DNA from: Candidatus Cloacimonadales bacterium
GTDB lineage: Bacteria > Cloacimonadota > Cloacimonadia > Cloacimonadales > JAFGVF01
Assembly: GCA_963677495.2 (NCBI GenBank)
Contig: CAXXOU010000004.1
Location: 1,441,726 to 1,505,725 of the forward strand
DNA: 64,000 nt
Direction of reading: 5' to 3'
Numbering within the stretch: the stretch's first letter is position 1; every line of letters begins with the position of its first letter. Position numbers and translations under genes: made by a program. Of this stretch, positions 43,132-52,595 are shown piece by piece. Below the pieces are notes generated by a model, which searched no databases, was not told where the DNA came from, and was given only the letters and a program-made list of their open reading frames with translations.

Positions 43132-44902
43132 CTGCTAAATCCTTTCTGTAATCATGGTAATACTTAAATATTTTACCTGCTATCGGTGCAGCAGCACTAC
43201 CACCATGACCTGCATTCTCAAGAAAGACAGTAACTGTTATTCCCGGATTGTCAGTTACATCATATCCTGCAAACCAGGCATGAGTAAGTTTTCCCTGGTG
43301 GTTCTCAGCCGAACCTGTTTTACCATAAAGCTTGGCTCCTCTATAACGTATATGATTAGCAGTACCCTTGGACTCATTCATCACCTTCCATAAACCTTCC
43401 TGAACAATACCCAAATGTTCATCTGAAACCGGTAAATACCCAATATAGTTATCTACTGTGTCTTTATATTGAATCTCCTTCTCGCCTACTGTCTGTTTGA
43501 AAAGATGAGGCCTAAGCCACTTACCATCATTTGCCAGTGCATTGTAATATGCACAAACCTGCATTGGAGATACTAGCAGTTCACCCTGACCGATTGAAAG
43601 ATTCACTTTGGGGCCAATAATACCGGCATATTTGCCATAATTCTCTTTATACCATGCCGTAGTAGGGAAAAAACCTTTACGCTCATTAAGTAAGTCAATA
43701 CCGGTCTTCACAGCTAAGAAGTTTCTCTTAGTATATTCCCCCATCTCATCAAGATCCATCTTTAGTGATACATCATAAAAGAAAACATCACAGGAAACTT
43801 TTATAGCTTCTTTTACATCCACCTTACCATGTCCCAGCTCTTCCCAGCATTTAAAATATCTGTTACCTATCTGCATGCCACCATCGCAAAAGTGCATCTT
43901 GGTCGACTCATTAATTATCCCGTTTTCTAAAGCCATGGATGATACTACTGTTTTATATACTGAGCCTGGAGGATAGCCAGCATGAATCAATCTATCCATC
44001 ATAGGCTTACGCTTATCATTCATTATGGAGTTCCATACATCTGAATCAATTCTACGCATGAAGATGTTTTGGTCAAACTCCGGGAAACTAACATATGCTA
44101 GTATTCCACCGGTCTTCTGATCCATAACCACTGCAGCACCACTATACTGATTTGGCATGATTGATGTAATATAGGCTTGTAGACTATTATCAATTGTTAG
44201 TATTACATCTAACCCTTTTTGGGCAGGAATGTCAGAAACATCATGAAACAACTCCAAATTCCTTCCTCGCGAATCAACTTGAGTCAGCTCCCACCCATCA
44301 TCCCCTTTTAGGAATACTTCGTAATACTTCTCCAATCCTGCTCTACCAATTCTTGAGTTAATACTATATCCATCTTCTCTTAGCGCTTTATACTCTTTTG
44401 CATTTATACCTCCAATATAACCTGTGAAGTGATTTGGATAGACATATTTTCTTGATTGAGCAGAGCCAATGCTTAGAGCCGGATAAATGTCTATCTCTTC
44501 TGCAAGCTCAGCGTGTTGCAGTTCAGTAAGGTTTTCTGCTATGAGAACTTTCATATATGACTTGTAACGGTACTTATAAAGCAGCTCTTTAAACTCCTCT
44601 GACGATATGTTAAACTTGCTTTCCAGGTATTCGCTAAGCCCTTCTTTATCTTCAATCATTACAGGAGTTAAATAAAGATTTATTGATGGAATATTAGTTG
44701 TGATAGGTCTGAAGTGTCTATCAAAAATCTCACCACGTGTAGCGGCAACTCGCCTTTTTCTTACGTAGTTTCGATCTGCAATATTAGTGTAATACTTATT
44801 GTTTATTATTTGTAAACGGAACAGTGATATCATTAGGAATAGCACCATTCCAAGTATAATGAATGTGAGATAATCTGTAAATTTAAATGACGTTTTCATC
44901 AA
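43118..44902 (-). CDS. mrdA: Penicillin-binding protein 2
   Basis: RGEIFDR, YPPGSVYK (SxxK), SCD, KTGSAE, HAWF. Confidence 0.95.
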   Translation of the reverse strand: MMKTSFKFTDYLTFIILGMVLFLMISLFRLQIINNKYYTNIADRNYVRKRRVAATRGEIFDRHFRPITTNIPSINLYLTPVMIEDKEGLSEYLESKFNISSEEFKELLYKYRYKSYMKVLIAENLTELQHAELAEEIDIYPALSIGSAQSRKYVYPNHFTGYIGGINAKEYKALREDGYSINSRIGRAGLEKYYEVFLKGDDGWELTQVDSRGRNLELFHDVSDIPAQKGLDVILTIDNSLQAYITSIMPNQYSGAAVVMDQKTGGILAYVSFPEFDQNIFMRRIDSDVWNSIMNDKRKPMMDRLIHAGYPPGSVYKTVVSSMALENGIINESTKMHFCDGGMQIGNRYFKCWEELGHGKVDVKEAIKVSCDVFFYDVSLKMDLDEMGEYTKRNFLAVKTGIDLLNERKGFFPTTAWYKENYGKYAGIIGPKVNLSIGQGELLVSPMQVCAYYNALANDGKWLRPHLFKQTVGEKEIQYKDTVDNYIGYLPVSDEHLGIVQEGLWKVMNESKGTANHIRYRGAKLYGKTGSAENHQGKLTHAWFAGYDVTDNPGITVTVFLENAGHGGSAAAPIAGKIFKYYHDYRKDLADGKL

Positions 44903-45377
44903 CAGAGATTCTTAACTGATGCAGAATAACCAACACAAAGGTAACAAATACTGATATTAATGAGTTCAGAGCAACATTAAGGAAGAATTGCCATAACATG
45001 TTCGCAGAGAAGGAATCAGCAATTGATTGAATCACATAGGCCATGAAGAAGTAAAACACATTGAGTATTAGAATTGCAAAGATGTTGTTCATAAACTTCT
45101 CTTTATCAATCATATTATGTGTATGTTTCACAATAAATGTGAGTAAAGTAAAGAGACCAGCATTCATTCCTAATGTAAATGGAGTTGTTAAGTCTATCGC
45201 TAAACCCAGAATAAAGGATATAAGCAAACTAGGCACTTGATTATTGTATAGATTCAAGTATACAAGGTATCCAATAATGATGTTTGGAAGCAAACCTATA
45301 GCATCTATAGTTGAGAATAAGAACACCTGTAAATAGAGTATTAATACTCCAAATATCAGACTTTTAGTTAAGCTCAT
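44883..45377 (-). CDS. mreD: Rod shape-determining protein MreD
   Basis: Hydrophobic, GLAIDL..LGMN motif, position in the mre operon. Confidence 0.85.
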   Translation of the reverse strand: MSLTKSLIFGVLILYLQVFLFSTIDAIGLLPNIIIGYLVYLNLYNNQVPSLLISFILGLAIDLTTPFTLGMNAGLFTLLTFIVKHTHNMIDKEKFMNNIFAILILNVFYFFMAYVIQSIADSFSANMLWQFFLNVALNSLISVFVTFVLVILHQLRISVDENVI

Positions 45378-46060
45378 TTAACCTTACGCACAATGCAAAG
45401 AGGGGTCATTTCATCTCCCTGTCCTTGTGGATTATCTTTCATTACAGCTTCAATCATCTCTTTACGGATACCACTTGTATAACCAATCGCCCAACTGCCA
45501 CCAATATCATTAATATCCATCACAGCCATGTCATAACCAAATTTATCCTTAACCTTCTGAGCTTCTTTCTCAGGATGAAGAGGTCCTTTGATTACGCATT
45601 CAGTATAAGGCTCAACAGGTGAAGTTGATGCTGCATCGATTAATCCGGCTTGCATACCGGCGATGCGATAGAAATCACCCTTACGTCCGATTAACTTGCT
45701 TAGTGCACCAACAATAGCCGCAAAGAGAATTCTAGCAGTACCACATTCATCAATCGCACATTGCATGCTGTATGGAGATCTTAGTCCAATACCATATGGA
45801 ACCTTTGCCACAAACTTCCAAAGGTGGTTTGCAACAAACCCTATTTTAATGTTTTCTACAGGGATTGCTCTACCTTGCATAATAGCTAAAGGACTTTCAC
45901 TTATTGTAAGCAAATCACCTTCCTGTAGTGATGGTAAAGCATATTTTTCTACAATTGACACAATATCATCTGTAGGTTCAAGCACCTTTGTTTTCAGAGG
46001 AATTCTCAGATATGTACTACCGTAATATTCAATTTCCGGATTCTTCTTGCTCATCATCAT
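45374..46060 (-). CDS. F420-0:gamma-glutamyl ligase (CofE)-like protein
   Basis: IPLKT...GDLLTISES..AIMQGR...IDA...DINDIGG...DNPQGQGDEMTPLCIVR. Confidence 0.72.
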   Translation of the reverse strand: MMMSKKNPEIEYYGSTYLRIPLKTKVLEPTDDIVSIVEKYALPSLQEGDLLTISESPLAIMQGRAIPVENIKIGFVANHLWKFVAKVPYGIGLRSPYSMQCAIDECGTARILFAAIVGALSKLIGRKGDFYRIAGMQAGLIDAASTSPVEPYTECVIKGPLHPEKEAQKVKDKFGYDMAVMDINDIGGSWAIGYTSGIRKEMIEAVMKDNPQGQGDEMTPLCIVRKVK

Positions 46061-46820
46061 TTCCTTTAAATTCTTTTAGTATATACACTGTTTTAAGGTT
46101 ATCAATTATGTTAAAAGGCTCAACTTCTGCTGACAAGTAAAGGTTGTCCTTTGAGTCTGTTATGCTCTTGATTGTCCCGACCGGATAGTATTTAGGAAAC
46201 TGCTTGGAAAGGTTAGATACAACAACTGTATCTGCTACACCTATCGGTGAACCTGTTTTAATATAGTTCATGTAATGTACACCTAATAAATCTGTTTCAA
46301 TCACTCCCTGAACACTATTATGACTTAATTTAACAGGCATCTGAAACCTGTAGTTTGTTAAAGGTAGTATAGTGGACTGAAAAGCTGATACTGTTGATAT
46401 TTTACCAACAATTCCCTCTGATGTTGCAACAGGATTACCAACCTCAATGCCTTGTGAAAAACCACTATTGATAATAAGTGAGCGTTCCCAATAGTTACCG
46501 GTATACCCTATTACATCTGCTATGATTGTTTTAACATCATCCGACTCTTTGCTATCAGTGAACGGTTTACCACTAACTTTCTGATACATATCTCGAAGCT
46601 TAAGCATCTCAAGCATTAGCTTAGAATTTTTAACCATCAGTGCTCTGTTTTCGCTATGTAGAGCATTAATCTTCTTAAAACTATGTATACTGTTTACATA
46701 TGGTAAAAAGACAGTCTTTGATAGAAAATCAGCTTTCTTAATCCTTTGCTCGGGCTTACCTATAAACAGGATAAACGAGATAATGAGTAGAATGATGAAG
46801 AGAAATTTATCACGGGACAC
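46029..46820 (-). CDS. mreC: Rod shape-determining protein MreC
   Basis: TM anchor, coiled coil, IINSGFSQGI, GIVGKI, FPKYYPVG. Confidence 0.92.
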   Translation of the reverse strand: MSRDKFLFIILLIISFILFIGKPEQRIKKADFLSKTVFLPYVNSIHSFKKINALHSENRALMVKNSKLMLEMLKLRDMYQKVSGKPFTDSKESDDVKTIIADVIGYTGNYWERSLIINSGFSQGIEVGNPVATSEGIVGKISTVSAFQSTILPLTNYRFQMPVKLSHNSVQGVIETDLLGVHYMNYIKTGSPIGVADTVVVSNLSKQFPKYYPVGTIKSITDSKDNLYLSAEVEPFNIIDNLKTVYILKEFKGNDDEQEESGN

Positions 46821-46823
46821 AGC

Positions 46824-47861
46824 TTAATCTTCAATCTTCTTAATCAGCACTTCGTTATACCTTTCAACATCATCAAGTATCTGACCTGAACCCTTTGCAA
46901 CACAGGTTAATGGATCAGGTACAACATGAACAGGTAAATCAACTGCTTTCATGATTCTCTTATCGAGACCTTTAAGTAGAGCTCCACCACCTGTGAGGAA
47001 AATACCTCGTTCAGCGATATCAGCTGCAAGTTCAGGTTCAGTGTGCTCAAATAGCTTTTTAATTGCATCAATCATCAGGCTAACTGTCTCAGTCATAGCT
47101 TCACGAATCTCTTCAGAGGAAACTTCAATTGTTACAGGATATCCTGAAACTACATTACGACCACGAACTTCCATCGTAAGTTCTTCATCAAGTGGATATG
47201 CAGAGCCTATTCTTTTCTTTATCTTTTCAGCTGTAAGAATACCAACAAAGATTCCGCTCTTCTTTCTCAAATAATTGACTATATCGTTATCTAATTTATC
47301 TCCGCCAATACGGATTGAATTGTGAACTACAATATGAGACAGTGACATAACAGCGATTTCACTTGTTCCGCCACCAATATCCATAATCATGTTACCGCAT
47401 GGTTTATCGATGGGAAGGTTAGCACCAATCGCAGCAGCAATCGGTTCAGATACAAGGTGCACTTCTCTTGCACCTGCGTGCAGAGCACTATCTCTAACAG
47501 CTCTTTTCTCCACTTCTGTGATTCCTGATGGTACGCAGACTATGACACGAGGTCTAAGTAGAAGTCTTTTCTTCTGTGCTCTGAGAATCAGATTTCTCAG
47601 CATCATCTCTGTTACTTGGAAATCTGCAATCACACCATCTTTAAGTGGTTTAATCACTCGAACCTCAGCCGGATTCTTACCAAGCATCTGCTTAGCTTCT
47701 GCACCGATTGCGATTATCTTTCTGTTATCCGCAGTAAGTGCCACCACTGATGGTTCATTTATAACAACACCCATACTTTTCTTGTATACTAAGGTGTTAG
47801 CTGTTCCTAAATCTATTGCTATATCGTTTGCAAAAAGCCCGAAGTATTTTAATAAGTTCAT
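46824..47861 (-). CDS. mreB: Actin-like MreB
   Basis: IDLGTANT, EPSVVA, DIGGGTSE, LTGGGALL. Confidence 0.97.
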   Translation of the reverse strand: MNLLKYFGLFANDIAIDLGTANTLVYKKSMGVVINEPSVVALTADNRKIIAIGAEAKQMLGKNPAEVRVIKPLKDGVIADFQVTEMMLRNLILRAQKKRLLLRPRVIVCVPSGITEVEKRAVRDSALHAGAREVHLVSEPIAAAIGANLPIDKPCGNMIMDIGGGTSEIAVMSLSHIVVHNSIRIGGDKLDNDIVNYLRKKSGIFVGILTAEKIKKRIGSAYPLDEELTMEVRGRNVVSGYPVTIEVSSEEIREAMTETVSLMIDAIKKLFEHTEPELAADIAERGIFLTGGGALLKGLDKRIMKAVDLPVHVVPDPLTCVAKGSGQILDDVERYNEVLIKKIED

Positions 47862-47977
47862 TTTAGCTCCATAAGACTAAACTTTAAATGAACTTTCCTT
47901 GCAATCTCACATGATGTCAAGTATAAAGATGTGCTATTTCTATTTTAACGATAGAGATAAAGCAAGATGCTGATTGA

Positions 47978-48018
47978 ATAATGTAAAATGAAAGATGCAG
48001 AATGCAAGATGCAGGATG
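47978..48018 (+). repeat. Heptamer tandem repeat (TGCAAGA/TGCAGAA type), left arm
   Basis: AATGTAAAATGAAAGATGCAGAATGCAAGATGCAGGATG; inverted copies at 48468-48560. Confidence 0.75.
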
Positions 48019-48045
48019 TAATAGACATTTATTTGAAAAAGGATA

Positions 48046-48080
48046 TTGACAATTAGCTGTTCAATCCATATTCTAAAATC
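48046..48080 (+). promoter_or_regulatory. Putative sigma70 promoter, leaderless
   Basis: TTGACA-17 nt-TATTCT-AAAATC-ATG, with no RBS. Confidence 0.6.
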
Positions 48081-48449
48081 ATGTCACAGAATAACCTAGT
48101 TTTAGATAAATCGTTTGCATTCGCAGTAAGGATTGTTAAGCTTAGTAAGTATCTGAAAGAGGAGAAACATGAGATAGTTTTATCTAATCAGATACTAAGA
48201 TCAGGTACATCCATAGGTGCAAACTCCGAGGAAGCAGTAGGTACACAAACTCATAAGGATTTTATTGCTAAGATGAGTATTGCACATAAAGAGACCCGTG
48301 AAACTAACTATTGGTTAAGACTTTTACATGAAGCAGAATATCTATACAATATTCAATTTGAATCATTGCATGCTGATTGTACACAACTTCTGAAGATAAT
48401 CTCTGCGATCCTCATTACTGCAAAGAATAACGAAAAACATAAGAAATAA
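48081..48449 (+). CDS. Four-helix-bundle protein (23S rRNA IVP-like, TIGR02436 type)
   Basis: KSFAFAVRIV, QILRSGTSIGANSEEA, DFIAKMSIAHKETRETNYWLRLL. Confidence 0.93.
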   Translation: MSQNNLVLDKSFAFAVRIVKLSKYLKEEKHEIVLSNQILRSGTSIGANSEEAVGTQTHKDFIAKMSIAHKETRETNYWLRLLHEAEYLYNIQFESLHADCTQLLKIISAILITAKNNEKHKK

Positions 48450-48591
48450 TCCTAATTAGTATCTCCTCATCTTGCATTTTGCATTAATCATTTTGCATTC
48501 TCCCTCCCCCATCATACATCTTGTATCTTGCATTTTGCATTAATCATTTTTACATCGCACTTGTGCTTCCTTCCTGCATCTATTTCTTTTA

Positions 48592-48686
48592 TATATCAGC
48601 TACGTAGTTAGCTGAACCTGAATAGCCCCATGCGAAAGCGTGGGGTCCACCCCCCCAACAAACCACGACCCCAACGGGGTCGAACT
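48592..48686. repeat. ~95-bp multi-hairpin element; inverted copy at 62649-62747
   Basis: ATCAGCTACG.AGTTAGCTGAACCTGAATAGCCCCATGCG...CCACGACCCCAACGGGGTCGAACT vs the reverse complement of 62649-62747. Confidence 0.85.
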
Positions 48687-48737
48687 ATTCGTCTTTGTTT
48701 TACCCTTTGCATTTTGCATTTGTAATCTTTCATCCTT

Positions 48738-49361
48738 CTAAATATCTTCAGCTTTCTTTCTAGGCTCTAGATACTTAAATTCCGAAAACTTTTTTTTCTT
48801 CCAGTGATCTAAAACATAGCGAGTATACTTTCTTTGTTCATATAGTTTTCTAAGTCTTGTCATATAAGTGTTATCATCAAAGTCTTCCAATAGATAGAAG
48901 AATCTGTGTAGCATTGAATCGATCTCCATCAGCTGTAACTCCCATGCTGCTTTCAGCATATCATCCCATTTCACATCAACATTAATACGATTTCCCAGGT
49001 AGTACTTATCCGGTATAGGAGCTCCCCAATGTGGATATACTATATCGGTTATTGAGAATGTTATTGAGCAGTAGTCTTCATTAGGGTATCCACTTATAAT
49101 TGAATGGTCTCCATCAAGCATTATCATTTCATAAGTACTAACTCTTTCTCTTTTATCCCATAGAGTATAAAATAGATTGGATAGGAGACCGTAATCTAAT
49201 TTCAGGATTTCGAAATAGGAATAATCATTTTCATCGTCCATCTTCTTCCTTACTCGGATTTTAATCTCACCGGTTGGGTAATCTTTGTTCAAATTTGCTA
49301 CCGGAGCAGTTCGAACTCCCTCAATTGTAATTATTACATGTTCATCTTCCAATATAACCAT
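48738..49361 (-). CDS. Hypothetical protein
   Basis: 207-aa ORF with GGGG RBS; no family recognised. Confidence 0.65.
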   Translation of the reverse strand: MVILEDEHVIITIEGVRTAPVANLNKDYPTGEIKIRVRKKMDDENDYSYFEILKLDYGLLSNLFYTLWDKRERVSTYEMIMLDGDHSIISGYPNEDYCSITFSITDIVYPHWGAPIPDKYYLGNRINVDVKWDDMLKAAWELQLMEIDSMLHRFFYLLEDFDDNTYMTRLRKLYEQRKYTRYVLDHWKKKKFSEFKYLEPRKKAEDI

Positions 49362-49485
49362 TATTACCCCTAAAAACGGTATTCTTCATTAATCATATAA
49401 ATCTGTGAACACTTTCAACACTAGACTGTTCCCCAGAACCACCAGATTCATCTGGTGGCATTATACTCTGACACAAGAGGAAACG

Positions 49486-49534
49486 CTCCTATCTCTCCTC
49501 ACATTTCGCATCGAAATGTGAGGAGAGATAGGAG
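49486..49534. other. Perfect 23-bp-stem inverted repeat
   Basis: CTCCTATCTCTCCTCACATTTCG-CAT-CGAAATGTGAGGAGAGATAGGAG. Confidence 0.9.
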
Positions 49535-49835
49535 AAAAGTGTAAATAGTTTTCAACTTCTACCACCTACTTAAAAGTAGGGGTTCTAGGGAATTATAACT
49601 TTTACTTCGACCGAATTCAAATAATACATTTTCTTTCGCCATGATTAGTAAACTGAGCTCATAACTTAACATGTCAAGAACATAATTCCGCATTTCGCAC
49701 TTTGCATCTTTCATCTTTCATCGCACATTTGTGCTCTCATCATGCATTTTGCATTATTCATTTTGCATCTGCAATATCTATTTGACAAAACATCTATAAA
49801 GTACAAAAATTGCATCATAATACAAAGGAGGAGAT

Positions 49836-49943
49836 ATGAGCAATTGTTCTGCCGTAATTTTATGGCCCGTTGTGGCAACATCAACCAACGGTAAATCCAA
49901 CCTGGGATTTAAAACATTTGTATTCGCATTCATAGGGAGATAA
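49836..49943 (+). CDS. Putative 35-aa leader or small peptide
   Basis: AAAGGAGGAG RBS; MSNCSAVILWPVVATSTNGKSNLGFKTFVFAFIGR*; TTGACA at 49782. Confidence 0.4.
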   Translation: MSNCSAVILWPVVATSTNGKSNLGFKTFVFAFIGR

Positions 49944-50039
49944 GGGTAGTTATAAGGATTCTCTACCCATAATCGTTAATCGTTAAAACGTATCCTCATC
50001 TCAGGACAAGAACTATTTCACCCTCATTGGGAGGATACT

Positions 50040-50642
50040 ATGCTTTATCAAATAACCATAGGAGACGGCTATATCCTAACACAGGAACACCCATTTCCTA
50101 TTGAAATCAAGAAGGAGTACATTCAATACTTTATTGAAGTGCTCATTCATCCCAACCAACCGATTTCCATGTCCAAGTTAAATCTACTCTTCAAAGCGTT
50201 CGATGTTAATCCTATCCCATATCTGGATTATCTAAATGTCATGCGTGGTGATTATATAAGAAGATGCTACAAAATGGCAGAGGAGGAGCAGGTCTGCGGA
50301 CGTATGTACTACAAAATCTATAAAGAACTCGAAGAGGAGCGTTGGGAAAAGTGCACGGAGAACTCAACAGTCGAAGCTGACTATTATCAGGATAAAATGG
50401 ATGAGATTAATAAGCTTATCGGTAGTTTTACCTGTAAAGAGAAGTACATGGATAAATTCATTAAGAAGATAAATCACAGAATGTATAATCTATTCCGTCG
50501 CCTGGTCGCATCATTTAAAGACCACAGTCCTCAGTTATATAGCTATCTAAAGAATACATTGGACATTGGCTTTATAATCTGCTTCCGACCTGATCTGGAT
50601 AACTCTCTTGATATAATAATCAGAGATGAGTTTAAATGCTAA
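50040..50642 (+). CDS. Uncharacterised ~200-aa family, paralog 2
   Basis: GGGAGG RBS; homologous to 23268-23846. Confidence 0.8.
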   Translation: MLYQITIGDGYILTQEHPFPIEIKKEYIQYFIEVLIHPNQPISMSKLNLLFKAFDVNPIPYLDYLNVMRGDYIRRCYKMAEEEQVCGRMYYKIYKELEEERWEKCTENSTVEADYYQDKMDEINKLIGSFTCKEKYMDKFIKKINHRMYNLFRRLVASFKDHSPQLYSYLKNTLDIGFIICFRPDLDNSLDIIIRDEFKC

Positions 50643-51154
50643 CCCTACTTGCTACTTGCACCGCAACGAAGTGTGGGGCGAGGAACTCTGGCAAGTAATA
50701 GATAAAAAAGCCGACCACCTACGGTCGGCTTTACCGGGTCCGCGGACATCCCTGCTTGCCGTGCCGTAGCTCTGCAAAGGATGGTCCCTAGACCTTCGAA
50801 ATGGTGCTCTTGTTATACCTTACTCGAGAAAGGGAGCCTTCAAACGATGGGTGTTATTCCCCTCTCATAGAGGGGTGGCGACTTGTCGTCGGGGTGTTTC
50901 TTCCTTCGGGATTCACCATTTGCAAGGTTTACAACCATTCCAAAGGTGAGATTGTGTGTTCTACCTTTCGAATGTACTGTAGCACCGTCAACCCATATTT
51001 AAACTTTTTCTATAAATTCCCATGTTCATAACATCATGGATAACTTTCTTAACTTACCCACATTCCACACCACGACTATTAGAGCTTTGGTGAGGAGCTC
51101 TATTAGCCGTGGATTGTGGATAAGTTATCTATCGAACGCAAGTTATCCACAATA

Positions 51155-52150
51155 CTATGAACAATTTATGTTACTGGTTCTGTTTCTTTGCAACGCATAA
51201 TATGGTGTCCATTCTCTATCATACTTAACAATAGCAAATAGCTGACGCAAAAGCTTGTTAGCTGTAGCTACTATTGCCTGTTTGTGAGTCTTCTTCTCAC
51301 TCTTTAGATGGTTGTAATATTGCACAAACTCTTCATTATGCTTTCTCGCACTATTAGCAGCCATGTAAAGCATCCGTCTAATTGCAGGACTCCCTTTCTT
51401 ACTTATTGATCCTCGACCATTCAAGCTAGTCCCGGATTGCCGTGGATTCGGGTTCAGACCTGCAAATGATACTACTTTCTTTGCATTATCAAACTTACTG
51501 AAATCATCATAATAAGCGATAGCTGTAGCAATTGTTAGAGTACCTACACCAGGAATAACTATGAGCTTTTTATAGATCTTAGTATATCTACTCTTCAAAA
51601 ACTTCTCTATAGCTTTTTCTAGTGTTTTTGTAGTTTTCTTAATAGATTCAAGCATGTAAGCGTTAGATTCTTGAACAACTTCGGATACTTGCATTCCTAA
51701 CTTATATGCATGAATTTGGTTAGTTAGTTCTGTTTTCACTTTAATAAATCTACTATAACTTCTGAGAAGTTCTATTAGCTCTAACCTGTCGTCTGATGGT
51801 GGCTCATAGATGCCACATTCATAGTTGTATCCAAATCTCGCGATAATCTTAGCATCAGCTTTATCTGTCTTAACTCTGCTCATTGTTAAATTAGCAAAGG
51901 TCTTAATAATAAAAGGATTAACTACATGAATTATATGTTTTTGATTATGTGCTTCCATAGCAATCTTGGTATGATATGCACCTGTAGCTTCCATGTAAAT
52001 ATGAACAGAACCGGGAGTAAATGGTTTCAAGAACTCATTAAACTTCTTAGGATCGTTATCAATTATAGAATGTTCATGTCTATGTCCATCATATACGCTC
52101 ACATCCAACTTATCCTTTGATACATCCAATCCAATTACTCTCTTTTTCAT
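51155..52150 (-). CDS. IS110 DEDD recombinase/transposase
   Basis: GLDVSK, MEATG, KTDKADA, IPGVG, AGLNP..QSGT, ISKKG..IRRMLY. Confidence 0.96.
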   Translation of the reverse strand: MKKRVIGLDVSKDKLDVSVYDGHRHEHSIIDNDPKKFNEFLKPFTPGSVHIYMEATGAYHTKIAMEAHNQKHIIHVVNPFIIKTFANLTMSRVKTDKADAKIIARFGYNYECGIYEPPSDDRLELIELLRSYSRFIKVKTELTNQIHAYKLGMQVSEVVQESNAYMLESIKKTTKTLEKAIEKFLKSRYTKIYKKLIVIPGVGTLTIATAIAYYDDFSKFDNAKKVVSFAGLNPNPRQSGTSLNGRGSISKKGSPAIRRMLYMAANSARKHNEEFVQYYNHLKSEKKTHKQAIVATANKLLRQLFAIVKYDREWTPYYALQRNRTSNINCS

Positions 52151-52164
52151 AATTTACTCCTTTA

Positions 52165-52320
52165 CAAATATTATAAGAATAAGTAATCTACCATTGCAAA
52201 ATACGGGCTTCAATGCCCAATGTACTGTACAGACTAAGCGGAAGGTGGGCTTAACATTCGAAACGAGTTTAATGACTCAATGGTCTTATAGCTTATTCAC
52301 CTTCCCTTATTCTTAATGTC
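52165..52320 (-). ncRNA. Putative bridge RNA of IS110 copy 1
   Basis: On the minus strand: GACCATT and TTTCGAATG (target guides) inside a GGAAGGTG/CACCTTCC stem, then TACAGTACATT and TGCAATG (donor guides) around a GGGC/GCCC hairpin; ends are approximate. Confidence 0.8.
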
Positions 52321-52595
52321 TGTTTATTTCTCTTATTTTATTTGGTGTCAACTATACAATGGTCCCTAGACCTTCGAAATGGTGCTCTTGTTATTCCTTA
52401 CTCGTGAAAGGGAGCCTTTAAACGATGGGTGTTATTCCCCTCTCATAGAGGGGTGGCGACTTGTCGTCGGGGTGTTTTCTTCCTTCGGGATTCACCATGT
52501 CAATGGCAGTGAGAAATGGTACACGATGGCAGTGAAAAGTGGTACAAAACTGCCAACCTTTAAAAATGACTACTTCAAGACAGTTTGGAGTAGGT

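Larger units (their letters stand above)
50971..52361 (-). mobile_element. IS110-family element, copy 1 (coordinates include the AATG core at both ends)
   Basis: Empty site CTACCTTTCG-AATG-GTCCC (54907-54925) vs filled site ...TTCG-AATG-TACTG...CTATAC-AATG-GTCCC; no terminal IRs. Confidence 0.93.

Noticed and set aside
48081..48449. Diversity-generating retroelement (Avd-like four-helix bundle)
   Set aside because: No reverse transcriptase and no TR/VR pair with adenine-specific differences; the C/E similarity is mostly synonymous divergence
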